A DNA stretch of 64,000 nt from contig JBITNC010000001.1 of NCBI GenBank assembly GCA_050084985.1, positions 203,732,001 to 203,796,000 on the forward strand. Reading direction: 5' to 3'. Shown piece by piece: positions 13,836 through 27,377 of the stretch; the stretch's first letter is position 1, and each line of letters begins with the position of its first letter. The stretch comes from Nageia nagi (Eukaryota; Plantae; Pinophyta). The translations under genes were made by a program, and so were the position numbers. The notes under the pieces are model-generated. The model made no database searches. It was not told the DNA's origin and saw only the letters and a program-made list of their open reading frames with translations.

Positions 13836-14075
13836 ATATGCAAAGACTAAAATGAATGCAAAGAGAAAGACCACAAGCTAGCTGCCCTTGTCCAAAAAAC
13901 CTATTATAGTGGTCAACATGTATGCAAAATAGAGGGCTACAAATCAAGTCATCTATACCCAATACAATTTTCAACATGTATGCAAAATAGTGGGCTACAA
14001 ACCAAACTGTCCATACCCAATACATTGGTCAACATGTATGCAAAAGAGAAGGTTATAACTAAATCATCCATGCCA
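13836..14075. repeat. Degenerate tandem repeat, ~58-bp unit, about 4 copies
   Basis: Recurring CAACATGTATGCAAAA.AG..GG.TA.AA. Confidence 0.7.
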
Positions 14076-14233
14076 ATTAAAAACCCAAATTTATATTATC
14101 TAATATTCTAAATCATGGAATCCTTCTTTTGTCCTATTGCTTATGTAAATAAAACTCAAATGCATCCTTTAATTCTTGAAATATTTTCATTTCTATTCAA
14201 AGCATTCAAATTATTGTTATAAACAACAAGGAT

Positions 14234-15624
14234 TGTAACAACCCCTTTTTGTAAAAAATAAATAATTTTGGAATCCTAAGGATTCCCTTTTTGTAAATAT
14301 TCATTTATTCATGTATTTGTTGTTAGTTACTTGGGACATAATTATGAAGGTTTGTTGGACCCACTTTATGAGCCCCATGAGGGACGTTTTCCTCCCAAGC
14401 TAGGATGTGTTATTCAATTTGTCATTAATACACTTGGAGATCCTAAAGATGATTGTGGGAATCTTAAGGCTTGTATAGATGGCACTTGAGCATGGATAAA
14501 CACCTATTTGCCTCAACGTAGGATTTGGGAGCACTTGTATACATATGCCACCCTTGGGGAGACTCCTAGACCCCCACGTTGGCCCATGATGACCCCCTAG
14601 CACCCTCGCATGACTCCTAGACCCATGTGGCACCTTAGACTCCCACGTTGGCATGCGTGGCACCTTAAACACCCACGTTGGCATGCGTGGCACCTTGGAC
14701 CCCCACATTGGCATTTATGGCCTCTAGGTACCCATTTTGGGCATGCTTGACCCTTAAGCACCCACGTTGGAGATTTTGGGCCTCTAAGAGGCTAACGTTG
14801 AGATTGGAGAGGTGGGGGATGACTCTTAGGTGAGATCCAAATCCAATGATGAGCTATACAAGGCAAAGGAGCCTCATTGTAGAGATAGACTTGATTTTGA
14901 TATTGAAACCCTTCTCTTCGGAGTTACCAAAGACTTGGCAGTGTCAAGCACCCTTGAGTGCAGGGCACAAGGAGAGTATAGGAGGTGGGGAACACCTTCT
15001 GTCTTACGATTGAGGTGAGTGTTTGTGCTGTGAGGTTGATCTACCCTGAGGCATCCACAAGCAGTCTACACCTTTGAATCTATTCGGTGGTATTCCGGAA
15101 TCACATCCGTTCTCTTCGCCGGAAGCTAGCCTATGAGGGAGCCTTTCAGTAAGGCATCCACAAAACTAGTAGCGTGTGATTGTTCTACAACAGTTTCAGG
15201 ATCTATCTTAGCTCATTGTATGCCCTAGTTGGCTCCTTGGAGGCCAACGTTGAACCCTTTGGGCCTGCTCGGTATTGTACTCATAATTCTTTCAATAATA
15301 GAATTGTGGCATACTTGGATCTCACTTGTTGTCGCATTATTTGATGTTTGTACTTCCATATATGCAACCTTGAGCTATTTTTGTATATGCATGCTTGTAT
15401 GGTGAATTGTTGGTATTCTTGGATGTGTTTGGCATGATATATGAGCCCTCAAGTGTGAAGTTGGTACATAGGGGTGTAATTGAGCTAGTGAGGTGCATCG
15501 TTTGGCTTCCTGGCTTGTTATTGTTCATGTTTGATGCTGTAGTATAGTTCGTGGCATGCCTAGGAGTGCATATTGATATTTTATTTGGCTAATTTCTGCT
15601 TTGCGCATACTTGGGAATATTATA
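14234..15624 (+). mobile_element. Solo LTR (1391 bp), same family as the LTR at 58574-59242
   Basis: Starts TGTAAC and ends TATTATA (CA decayed to TA; the homolog at 58574 keeps CA). TSD AGGAT at 14229-14233 and 15625-15629. Internal 30-bp CCCACGTTGGCAT repeats. Confidence 0.85.
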
Positions 15625-17049
15625 AGGATATACCCATAATCTCAGGTCATGTTTAGCTGAAAATCCTAACCATGCAACTCAGGAAGTAGCTCGCACAATG
15701 CAACCATAATACCCACAAAATAATATACACAAAAGGAGCAATTTATTCAAATGCATCATCTTATCATGTTTCTACAGCTTTATTTCAATTTCTACTAGCA
15801 AGATGAGTAAAAAAATGAATGAGAAGGGCACTATTCTACTAGCTCTAGAATATTTGTTATTTTGCAACCTCACTTATCTCTCTCTATGTTCCTCATTTCG
15901 TGCAAATGAATCAAAACCTTTTAAGAGCTGAGGCTCTTAAGCTCTCTTTGCATGGCATTGCTTTGTGGTGTTTTTAGGAGTCCTCTTTGCGTGCAACCTG
16001 CACGTCACCATCAAGATTGGCATGATTTTCCTTCCTCCTCATCATTCTTTCTCAAAAATCTCTATGCTGCACTTCTCAAGCTCTCCAAAATGGGGAGTTT
16101 CTTGAATGTTCTAATCTGCACTAGCTCATGTTGGAGGGAAAGGTTGCTCGAATGTTGCCACCTCTTCGTTTCTACCAACTCCTGCTTGGTTTTTGCATTG
16201 TTTATTCAATTTAATGGAGCAAACATCTTAAAATATTCCTCTATGATTTATCAAATCCAAATCAACACCCAGCATGTCAATGGTGGAGTCATCGAATAAG
16301 TTTCTCAATGTTGCCTATGGCAACCCAACAATATTTGTCTAGTCCAGGTCAACTCATAGCAAACCAATGGTGGGGCTTTAATAAAACAAATCAGATTTTT
16401 GTATTGTCATGATTATGCCTCCAATGCCATGGCACACATCCACAAAAGGTATTTTTCGGCAACACCATGTTTAAAATGCTCTTACTTATTTAAACAATAA
16501 AATATTTCCTCATAAATTTAATACCTCAAATGCTAGGGTGGTGAGTTCTTATCAAATAATAACATTCCCAATGGTTCCACAAACAATTGTCCCTATGATA
16601 ATACCATGGTGGTGTTTGAAACAATTTTTTATTTTTTTAAAATTCTTAAGAAATACATTATATGTTACGTAAATTATTTTGCCGAAATAAATATAAATTA
16701 TATAATAATTTTTCCCATCATCACAAGGCCATAGTCAAATGAATTATCTGCTTCTAGGCATTCATCGAATGCCTCATGAACACCATGATCTTTCTAAATT
16801 ATGTAATAAATCAAAATTCACCATTATGCAATAATATATGCTGGTTTAATTTTCAAAATGCAGCAAGATGAATCCTTAATATAAAACAATAAGTTCATAG
16901 AGTGCATACTTTTCTAATCAAACAAGATAAGCCCTTATATCAACATACATGCACCTATTACCTTTTTCAAGGATTGTATAGTTATTTCACTTTTAATTAA
17001 GCACGATAATAATAGTCTGTAAATACCAAGTTTTGCAAATGTTTATAGT

Positions 17050-18400
17050 AGAAAGGTGGTACTAGGGGTTTGAGTCATCCCATTGGGCTTGATATACTAG
17101 TTTCCTAGATACAAAAGTCTGATTTTTGGTTTTTGCATAGATCATTGAGGGCTCTCTGTTTTGTTGGGGCATTAACACCCCTTATATTTCATGGAAGGAT
17201 AATTATTTCACTCAGTAGGAGTTGTTCCTTCTGCCAATCAGGAAGTTCGTAAGCTGAGTTTTGGAGCCACTTTCAATGTTAGCCCGTATTTCTTTGCCTC
17301 CTTAGCTGATGCAGGTGGTCTTCCTCTTTTAGTTTCTTCACTCTTAGGGAAGGTTTTTGCTGCTCTGTTCCTTAAAATTTTGTTATCTTTTTCTTTTGTT
17401 TGTCCATTACTTTGACTTGAATTAACCATCTTGATATCATTATTATTTTTTATTTCGTCTTAGCAGAATTGAGGTTTCAGTTTGTGGTGAGGATTGATGA
17501 ACAATTATTCATGCTGCAAACTTTTCTTCCTTACCTGAAACTTCAGGGAAATGGATAACCTTATAGCATTTCTGGCATTTGAATGCCAAATTTTCAGAGT
17601 CCAATGTTTGTCTGCATACTTAATTTCCATACAGTAAAATGGAATCAGGGAGGGGTTTTTGGAGGTCTCTAACAATACATGATCTTACACAGGCTAATGC
17701 ATCATCTTGAGGAGTTTGAGATAGACAAAGGAAACTGCTCTGGGTGTTACCTTTGGCTTAAAACGTTTCCTAATCGCAGAATTCTTTTCTAAGTCTGTCT
17801 ATTCTTACGCAAACTGGAATAGCACAGAGCTTCTTGGATTCTGGAGTGAAGATTTCACACCAGGGGGTAAGAAACAGGCTTGTCCATCCCATGGACCATG
17901 GGCTGCCGAGAAATAATCCATCTCTTTCCTCAGAGAAATGAAAAATCACAAGGAAAATACATTTAGGAAGGAAAGAGATACTGAATTGTCATTTCAGATT
18001 GATCCGCTGAATGAATGAAGCCATTCTGGGCCATGGACTATTGAATCTGCATACCAGAACATGGTCCTTCAACTATTTGGTTCTTATTTGGATTCACATT
18101 TGATTGAATCTCCAACACTTCCTCAACTCTAGCAATAACATTGGTTCAACTGGATGCCATTGGTATAGATCTTAAACTCAGTGTGATTTTTGGGCGGAAT
18201 TGTCAAGATGCATTGGTCCTCTAGCTCAGTTGATTCCTATATAGGGGTTCAAAAATAAAAAAAAACAGGGATTGCCTAGTAGTTGGGATGCTTATGCCCT
18301 TCCAACTAGATCCCTAGACAACAGATAAAGTGACAAAAATAGGGTTATTCCTTTCTTTCTAAGCTTTGAAAGGAAGAGGTCTGCTATTTTTGGAGGAATA
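17050..18400 (-). mobile_element. L1-type LINE remnant (ORF1 and start of ORF2)
   Basis: Minus-strand PW...LFLTPW...PVCVRI, a degenerate zinc knuckle (KCQKCYKVIH), a KRGRPP tail, and a WNIRG.N-like ORF2 start near 17190. Confidence 0.7.
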
Positions 18401-18704
18401 GAATTCAAAATCACTTGGTAGAAGTTTTCACTCTGTCAGTCCACTTGCTTTCCATCATGTTTGGTATTTATTGGTTTGTCTTTGTACAAGGCAATTTCTG
18501 CAATTTGTTTCTTTACCTTGTTATCATAACGATTGCATGTTGCTTAATAAATTTACAAGAAAGATCAGATAATTAACTTTTCTTCTTTCTATTTTATAAA
18601 CTATGAAATTGGAGAGGAAGGTGAATTCTGGCTGGACAACTATAGTAATTCATATCAAAAATGTAAACTTAATGATCTAAATGTTTATTGCTGTGTGTGA
18701 ACAG

Positions 18705-18881
18705 GTGATTGTATTTGACTACAAAGCAAACACATGTGTTACATCTGATATGACAATATTGGACATGTCGGAAGAAAGTGAAAGTGGTGCATTATTTTTG
18801 GCAAGAATCTTGCAGTATCTTGAGATGCCTCAATATCTGCGTCGTGCTCTTATTCCCAAACATCACAACCTACGACTTGTG
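18705..18881 (+). CDS. SPOUT1: SPOUT1-like methyltransferase, exon 3 (VIVFD...ARILQYLEMPQYLRRALIPKHHNLRLV)
   Basis: ACAG acceptor at 18701-18704 and GTAGGT donor at 18882. Contains the family motif ILQYLE.PQYLR and joins exons 2 and 4 in phase 0. Confidence 0.92.
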
Positions 18882-19589
18882 GTAGGTATGTCTCTACTTT
18901 TATTTCCTCCATGGGTATAACATCATGATATTAGGAGCCAACATGGCCTTGGTACGGTTAGAATGTATATTTATGAGAAAAGATGTAAGAGAACTTAGAT
19001 GACATAATTTTTTTTATAAATAAGAATCGTACAATTTTTAGTTTAAAATTTGTAAAAAGCTTTTGATTTTAAAAAACGAAATAGAAATCAATACTAAAAA
19101 TTTGAATTAAAATCTTATTTTTTTTTGTTCCTTGAAAATCTTGGATAAGATATCCAAATTTGTCAGGAGTTTTTTTTGATGGATGGCGTAACATTGGTTG
19201 TAAAAGCTTAATAAATGGCAAGGTAAAAGATCTTGAGAATTAAAATGGCAAAAGCCAAAATAATAAATAATGTATTAAAACATGCACATGTATTATTTCT
19301 ACGGAATAAAAATATATTAATAGCTAAATTCAGTAAAGGATCTAGCAATTAGGATTATGCAAATTTACAAGAGGAGATATAAAAAAAACTTATGTTGAAG
19401 GTGGAGGATTGGAAGCTTGTTGGTGAACAACTTGTGATTTTGGATGGAAAATCCTAATTGCAACTAGATAGATCTGCATAATTTTGGAGATAATTTTAAA
19501 GATAATTTTGAGGTGATGATTTTTCTCAGGATGATGTTAGTATGGAAGTGTAGACATTTTGGAATGACTTGGTTCAGTTGTGGGGGCTA

Positions 19590-19790
19590 TTGAGGCTTGG
19601 AATTAGAGTGTTTGCATTTTGGACATGTGTTTTGAACCTAGATGTTAGAATGTTGGGCATTTTGAGCTTGGGTGCGAGAACTCTGCGTGTTTTGAGCTTG
19701 GATGGAAAAACTCTGGGTGTTTTAGACCTATGGGTTTGAACACTAGGTGTTTTGTCTTGGATGCTTGTTTCAAACTTTCAAGGTGCTCTT
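19590..19790. repeat. Degenerate ~30-bp tandem repeat (TTTTGAGCTTGG...)
   Basis: Repeated TTTGA(G/A)C(T/C)T(G/A)GATG units; a similar run lies near 22410-22480. Confidence 0.55.
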
Positions 19791-20869
19791 CTTAGGGAGG
19801 TACATGTTACCAATGTTTTGAAAAACACCGAATATATACCAAGTTCATGAACAAATGCAATTTTTTTCAAACCCATGCTTTTTTCTAAAAAATATGTATT
19901 TTGATGCTTCTTTTCACACTTTTTTTCATGTATATACGTGAAAAAACATGGAAAAAAATGCAAATTCACTAAAAAAAATGCCACATTTGGCATTGTTGAG
20001 ATGCATAAAAGCATGAAAAAAATGCGAAATTCGTAGTGAAACTGTTAGAAAGGAGATCCATTAAAGGCTAAAAAATGCAAATAAAATGCGAAAAAATACA
20101 TCAAGTTCACCACAAAAATGCAGCCTAACTTGGGCAAAAATGGTGAATCGATGGATAAATGAAAAATTCAAGTTTTTTTTTGTCATTTCTCTTTGCATGC
20201 TTGAAGATGCTAGAGAGCAATGGACTTAGTTTGTGGAAGATTTAAGTTGGTTGTGGCACTTGAGGAGAGTGGCCACAAGGAATTGGTACTTGGTGCATCA
20301 CTCATTGAAGAAAAGAAGAAACTTGAGAGTACACATGGTTTGCTCAGTTTTGAGCATTTGAATCATAAGGATGGATTCCTATGAATCAATGGAATCTTCT
20401 TCAAGTTTGGAAGAAGATGATATACTAATTTTTGAGGATGGAGATGATAATGAGAATGGTAATGATTTTCATTAATGGAGATAGTGATCTTCACATGTAT
20501 GGGGAGAAAGTTGGTTGTCACAATGATAGTTATGGTAGTGATATTCACTTGGATGATGGGAATGGGGCTCATTGTGGTAATAATGTGGTTCATCATGGAG
20601 AATACGGTCTTGATGATTGTTGTCACAATACTCATTCAATAGTTGATTTGAAAATTAGTGCGGTTGTGATACAATCTTTGAATGGAGCACTGGACCTTTG
20701 TGGCATAGGTCTACCTTGAGGATGCTTTATGGGAGTCCTTGTATTGGGTGATGCAACTATAAAGAGTGAGTATGAGATAAGGAATTAGATGTGCGAGCTG
20801 GTTCCAAGAAAAATGTGTTTGGATGCAACTATGAAGACCAAGTACTGTGATGCTTTTCTAAGCAATTAA

Positions 20870-21830
20870 ATATGGGTGTTGGTTCCAAAATCAAAGGTGA
20901 GCAAATGGGTCTACATTATCAAGTTCACATTCTAGAGATGTGATTTTTGATGAGGGGTTAGTGTATGTACAACAAGAGATGCATGAAAAATGAAGGATTG
21001 TGAAAGAGGCAAAAGAAACCATGAAGAAAATGAAGAGAAAAAAAGAATATAAAAAGAGGTAAAATCTTGTGAGGCTTTGAGGAAGATTGAACTGCAAAGA
21101 AAACCCACGATAGAGAAAGCTGTTGCTAATGATAAAATTAGAAAGATGTTAGCTGTAAGAGATCAAAAGTAGTAATAGCAAGGAGAATATTGATATGATG
21201 TTAGAGACAATCTTGTGAGTCCCTCATCAACAAGGGGAAGAATGTTGGAAGCTGATGATGCTGAAGGAGGAAGAATTTGAAGAGTTGATCACATGAAGAA
21301 AAGATTAATGTCTAGAGTTTTAAGAAATTGAAGATATGTACATGAGTTACAAAAAATGTCATGGAATTCTAACTAACATTAGAAGGTAAAGGGTCATATC
21401 CAAAATGGCAAAATGTAATATATTGTACATTAGCTATTTTTTTGGGGTGTGTGTGTGTGGTGTTGTTCACTATATTGGGAGTGTGAAGTTGTTGCGCACA
21501 CATCAAGATTTTTTGTATTATTTTAAAGAGTAATCAAAGACTCCATTTATAAGCTCAAAAATCTGATTTGTGTATTATTACGTTGTGTTAATCTTTGTGT
21601 GTGGTTGTGTTTATTTTGTATTGATTGTTTGTTGTTGTTGGGTATGCAATTCTCTTCTAGAAGTGATTTGTTTTATGGAAAAGTGCAAACTATGTAAACA
21701 ACCTATTTTGGGTGCTCTACGGAATTGCACAAAGAAGGTTGTTTTATAAAACTATCCTAGAACGTCAATGTTCTGGTACTTTGTCCCATAACGTCAATGT
21801 TCTGTGCTGAAAGGATTTCAACAGAGAGGT
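20870..21830 (+). mobile_element. Copia-like remnant: post-integrase SRDVIFDE motif, polypurine tract and 3' LTR start
   Basis: TCTAGAGATGTGATTTTTGATGAG at ~20930; AAGGGGAAGAA (21232-21242) followed by TGTTG at 21243. The LTR start resembles the reverse complement of 49960-49995. Confidence 0.55.
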
Positions 21831-22897
21831 AACAAATTTAAGACCTTTTGCTTCACCTCGAGTTTTAGGTACCATGGGCAAGCTTTCCCTTTAATATTTA
21901 AAAGGCGATCTATGTTTGGCCATAATTAAGAATCTGCATATCTAGATTTGAATCTAGATCACCAATCTGTTGCATCTGAATCATCCTCTCCTGAAAATCT
22001 TGAAAGCAACATGCTTACCTACTAGAATTGAGCTAAATATTTTGGTTTTTTTTTACCATGAGCTATAGATTTTCTGCAAAAACCATCCAAAATTTAGGGG
22101 ATCATTTCTACCTCAATACCAATGTTGTGTGGGCTTGCAAACCCTCATTGGAAAGATCTTTGAATGCTCTTTTTAATGACTCCAAAATTTCCAAAATGCA
22201 ATTCCTACAACTTAAAATATTTCATAGAATGATATTTAGAAGTGACAAACACAAAGAAGATAGTTAAGAAATGATAGATGCAAAATGATAATTTTTAGTT
22301 GTTTTATAAAATATAGTTGAATTACAAAATTCATATTTTGCCCTTTGCAATTTATTTTTGTAGATTTTTGGAAAGATACAGTGGTGTAGATTCTCTGGTT
22401 TGGAAAATTAGCATCTTAGGATTCTTGATCCTAAAACGTGGGCATTCTAGGATGCTTGGTCCTAGAGCATTGGCTTTTTGGGGGAAAATGTTCTAGGGTG
22501 CAAAGATATTGATAAATGCAAATTGTAATCTAAACAAGTACGAAAATGCAAAAATAATTAAAAAAATACCATATGGTACCTTTTTAGATGCATGATTGTT
22601 TTGAGGAGTTCTTTATTGCTTATTAACAACTTTTATGATATGGGGAATCACCCCATCACCTAGAGAAATGAGTGCTATTCATGCCATTGTCTATGAATGC
22701 ACTTGAAGGCATAAAAGAATGAAGTCCATATGTTTTCATCATTTTTTGTGAAATACGTATTCATCTAGAATATTTTCTTTAAAGGAAATATTATTACTCT
22801 AAGGAGTTCTTGTTCAGCCTTTAACATAGTTATTCTGATTGTGCAATAAATTTGGTTTCATCAAGACGAATAGATAGATCAATCACAAAGATGCAAT

Positions 22898-23040
22898 TCA
22901 CAAAGTCAAAAAATTGGCCAACCAAAAGTAGAAGCAAACAATGAAAGTAAAAAATAAAGCTATGGAGGCAAATCACAAAGTCAAAAAGTTGGCCAACCAA
23001 AAGTAGAAGCAAACAGTGAATGGAAAAAATGAAACTGAGG
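22898..23040. repeat. Tandem duplication, 75-bp period
   Basis: TCACAAAGTCAAAAA.TTGGCCAACCAAAAGTAGAAGCAAACA at 22898 and 22973. Confidence 0.8.
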
Positions 23041-23874
23041 AGCTCCTCATAAAGGCAAGCAAAATCTGAAAATAAAGGCAAAAATTCCAAGAATAAGATG
23101 TGCATGCATAAGGGAGAAATTGAGTGATTATTGAGATAACCAAAGAACTATTTTGTGCTGAACAAGTTATACATGAGACAAGAGGCGATGAGGCTAGCAT
23201 CGCAGTTAATCTAGGTTTGATAAATGGAAATATGCAACTGCTTTGACCATGAAAATCCTAGTGGAAGCTTATGCAGATTGATAATGTGAAGTACGAGGGA
23301 AAATTTGAGAAACATACTTTGTTTTTATTAAATATGAACTTATAATCCAATATGCAACATAAAGGCAAGAACTTGCAAAACATGAAGATTTGTTAGTACT
23401 GTTAATTTTAACAAAGCAAGAAATAATTATATAATGAATGAGACACAAAAATAGACAAGTTATTACATGAAATATGAAACAAGAGTTTCAATAGGTTGAG
23501 GCAACTATGCGATTATCCAGCTAGGATATTATGAAACTGTTTGCCTACTGATAAAGTCACTTTGTTGCTATGGACTGTGAGTCCAACCTTCTAAAACCGT
23601 TTGAATATGATTCCTGTGATTGTTCCAGAATGTGGGTGTTTTTGGGAAAATGGGTTTTTGTTTCTAAAAGTTGCCTTTGATGATCTGAACTCTGAAATAG
23701 GACCCTGTGTTGCATCCTAACATTCTTTCAAGTTTCAACAAATTCAACAATACTTTGGGATGGTTTTTATTCATTGTTCAAAACATGTTGTAGTAGTAGA
23801 CTATTGAATATTCCTAATTTATGATTTTGTGGATGAATTAGTTCTGCTAGTTGAGTTTTCTGGGTAGATTGGAT

Positions 23875-24832
23875 CATAGTTGTAAAAAGCAGAATTGGAT
23901 TGGAATCATTTTTTTTGTTATTAGAATCGGAATTGGGAAATCAGTAAAAACAATTTGACAAAAATTGGTCACAAAATTTGAAATAGAAAAAAATGGAAGA
24001 AATATGCAATTTCTTATGGAAATTTTAAGTTTTCTCATCCATATTACTGATTACTTATCTTTTTAACAATTCTAACTTCTAACATACTTACTCAACATTC
24101 AAAAACATACAAATAAGAAATTAATTTAAGAGAAAAGGGCATATATCGTATTAATGAAAATGTGTTTAGTAGAGTTTCTAACTTCTAACATACTTACTCA
24201 ACATTCAAAAACATACAAATAAGAAATTAATTTAAGAGGAAAGGGCATATATCATATTAATCAAAATGTGTTTACTAGAGTTTCAAAGTACTAATTACTA
24301 AGTAGCAAGTAGTAACTAGTAAATACAAAATGTGCTCATGTCTCACGAGCCATGACAAAATAAATAATCTACTATCTAAAAAACTATGACAATCTCCTCG
24401 TGGATTTTCCGTTTGCTAATGTTGCTCTACTATAAGCTTTAATCTCCCTTAGTTGGGCTGTCTGTCCATTTGCCTCTATAGCTGCTACTGCTCGTGCCCT
24501 TTCCTCTTCCTGTTCCTTTGCCACGAACTCCTCAACTAGTTGCTCAATATCATAGAAGGGATGTTGGGATGCAAATCATCATCCTCTTGGGCTGCTCATG
24601 CTCCTTATGAGCCTCATCAATCTCCCTCTCCATAGGCATGATCCATTCAGAGGGTGGATCAATGTACTCCAAGTCAATGGCCTCATAAATCAAAGAATCA
24701 ATAGTTACTTGTTTGTGGTGGAGGAGTAAATTGTAATGCACGAACACAAGATCATTCAATTTCTCTTGTGTTAGTTTATTCCTTTTCTTGGAGTGTATGT
24801 GCTCAAAAACACTCCAGTTGTGCTCACAACTT
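23875..24832 (-). mobile_element. hAT DNA transposon 3' fragment with C-terminal dimerization domain
   Basis: SCEHNWSVFEHIHSKKRNKLTQEKLNDLVFVHYNL is the classic hAT C-terminal motif. Possible terminus CATAGTTGTAAAA at 23875. Confidence 0.8.
24070..24284. repeat. Near-perfect tandem duplication, 106-bp period
   Basis: TTCTAACTTCTAACATACTTACTCAAC... starts at 24070 and again at 24176. Confidence 0.88.
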
Positions 24833-25686
24833 GGATTATCAAGCAAGGGAGGAAGCGACTTGGTCCGGATCTTTCCCAAGCAAGAGCACAAGGCAATAGT
24901 CAGTATGGTAAGTTGAATGTGAAGTGGTGTATGGATCAGATTCCGATTTATGGCAGATAAAGCCAATCAAATATCATAAAAGCAGAGTAATTCCAAAATA
25001 ACACAACTATATGCAGATTGCAGGAACGATCATTCATCCATTTAAGAAAGATATTCAACCATCTTTCCCTAAAGTGCCGAACTTTCAAAGGAAATGCTCA
25101 TAAATGTATAAATAATGCAACAACATGTATACTATGTCATTAACGTAACTTCAATCCCATAAAATAAACAATCAAACTTTCATTAATAACAAAGTCTCCC
25201 AAAAAGATTGATCATACATAAATGTAATGAAAACTTCAACTGCAAAAGTTACGCTTCAAAATATGCTACTGAAAGAATTGGCATTCAGCCCACAAAGCAA
25301 TTACAAAATTTCTATGCTCATGCATTTAACTATATGCGTATCTCTAATTGCATAACCATCTCCCCCAAAAATGAACCGGGGAGGGGTACTTATAGTACGC
25401 TACTAACAACCTCATTAAATGAAATGTTGCCCTAAAACAACTATGCAACCCTAATATTACATCGTAAAATGTGAAAACTATTGATAGAAAACAAAATTGC
25501 AGCCAAATAGCATCGCCAAAAGTCACATCAACCATATCCGCATCTGATCACACCCGATCAGATCGGATTCTATCTAAATGTCAAATCAAAAGTCTTTTAG
25601 CAACTGTGGGAGCAAAAGCTCATCCGTCATTGTGCGAAATTTAAAATATGTAAAATTTTAAGCAGAAAAATAGAATATGCATTTAT

Positions 25687-26182
25687 CTAATCATCCCTTT
25701 GTGGGATTGACAGAGTGAGCAGCAGCAAAGACGTTCTCGGGAATCCGTGAGACCGATCATCGAAGAATGCCTTGGCTTTGACTAGTCCTACAATAAATGC
25801 ACTCGGTAATTCTTCATGCTTTCTATTGTGGAAGTCGAGAATGAATTGAGAAGTGGTCTCCATCTGAAATTTCCAAATGGTCAAGTTTTGTTGATTCTCA
25901 ATGTGGGTCCCAACCCTCAGTAAATTCACATCCTTCGTGAAGATGAGCTTCTTGATAATGTTTTGAACTTGCATAACAAGCTCAACTTCCCTGGCGCTCC
26001 CATCTTCATTCATAAAACTGACAGGTTGCACGAATTGGTTCATTTGAAAAGCTAAGGCAGATATCAACTCGGCCCTTGCCTATGCAAGATTGGCATAATC
26101 TCTCGCAGCAAATCTCAACCAACACAAGTGATAGGCAAATTCTTGGCAATATTGTACCCGACCAGGTTGTCCTTCAGATGTT
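25687..26182 (-). pseudogene. Copy B ORF, C-terminal part
   Basis: IFTKDVNLLRVGTHI...LTIWK aligns by eye with ICSKDPHNLKTGKHM...LADWS of copy A. In frame with the middle part once 350 bp are removed. Confidence 0.72.
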
Positions 26183-26527
26183 TTCCAAGGTAATTACATG
26201 AACATATGATGATCTAAAAACTTATGACAAAGATATGATCCAACATACTATTGAACTCATGCTACATGTTGAGCCATACAGGTAGAAGCAAAGGCCAGTG
26301 AACCCAAGGATAGAGGAAGCAATGAAACAAGAGTTGCTTAAGCTCTTAAATGCTAAAATAATTTATCCTAATAAGCACTCTACATGGGTAGCTAATATGA
26401 TCCCAGTAAGAAAGAAAAATGGATAAATTAGACTCTGTGTTGATTTCTAAAATCTTAATCAAGCATCCCTAAAAGATAACAATCCTCTCCCTCCTATGGA
26501 ATAGATCTTGCAAACTATTACTGGTGC
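26183..26527 (+). mobile_element. Isolated Ty3/gypsy reverse-transcriptase N-terminal fragment
   Basis: Translates to TYDDLKTYDKDMIQHTIEL...KQRPVNP...STWVANMIPVRKKNG*IRLCVDF*NLNQASLKD..PLPPME. Flanked by ATGTT direct repeats (26178-26182, 26528-26532). Confidence 0.85.
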
Positions 26528-26532
26528 ATGTT

Positions 26533-27377
26533 ATGATATTTTGAATGGCCTGCTCATGATTTTGGAAATCTTGAAGTAATTGTGAAATGGCGGCCGTTGT
26601 GTTTTCCTCGATCTTTTGCTCGTCTATAAGGGCAACTAGCCGGAGTGAGAGCTCATTGACTACTCTTATCACTGCATTGACTAAGGTTTCTTTGGTGGAA
26701 GCAATACCAACATTTAGTGAGGTTTGGACTTTGATATCCTCAACAGTCATTTTGGCGGCCTCTATCTTTATCACTAGCTTATTCTTCCGAGCCAATTCCT
26801 TCTTCAATTCTTTGACTGTATTTTCCCTCTTGATTCCTTGTCTGACCATCTCACCCACATTGTCATTAATGGCATGTTTGCATCCAGCCCACCCGATCTT
26901 CTTCACTTTAAATTTTTTGGTGTAAACTTGCACGTATTCCAAATCTTACGGATGCTTTTTCTTAGAATAACACCTGTTGATGATCACCTTATCATTTTTC
27001 ATAGACACAAAAGTGTCTATCTCCTTGATCGGGGAATCCTCTGACATAACTTCCTCCCTTTGGCTGGACTCTTCATCATCACTCCTATCGCTTATCTGGA
27101 GATCTTTAATTACTCCATCAATGTTAAAGTTGTACTTCTTTTGCTGTGATGAACTAACTGCAATGTTGGCCAAAGTGGTGTTCGTGTTGGTTGGAATAGA
27201 TTCCCAGGGAATTTCTTCAATTCTTAATTGCTGGCTCTTTGTCTGAGCTGGTTTCTCCTTACTCTTTGGTGACTTGTGGCTGCCATGTTCCTGTTGCTTT
27301 CTCTTCTTCTTTTGTTCTTCACTTTCTCTCTTATCATCATCATCTCCTCCATCTCCAGCTGCAGAAGTTCTACTTAG
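26533..27377 (-). pseudogene. Copy B ORF, middle part
   Basis: Joins 43579 across TSD CTTTG (TPSTPSK|LSRTSAAGDGGDDDD). MTVEDIKVQTSLNVGI matches LTFEDIKKQVDLNIGI of copy A. Confidence 0.75.

Larger units (their letters stand above)
8572..18704 (+). other. Intron 2 of the SPOUT1-like gene (~10.1 kb)
   Basis: GT...AG boundaries between in-frame exons; filled with transposon remnants. Confidence 0.85.

Noticed and set aside
18886-18891. Alternative donor GTATGT for exon 3
   Set aside because: It would shift the frame relative to exon 4; the 18882 donor gives the conserved LRLVGLLPP junction.
20363-20719. His/Asp/Gly-rich ORFs
   Set aside because: Low-complexity sequence next to a copia remnant, with no recognisable motif or splice context.
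24550-24966. 138-aa ORF as a standalone gene
   Set aside because: Chimeric read-through across the hAT/copy B junction; only the hAT part is recognisable.
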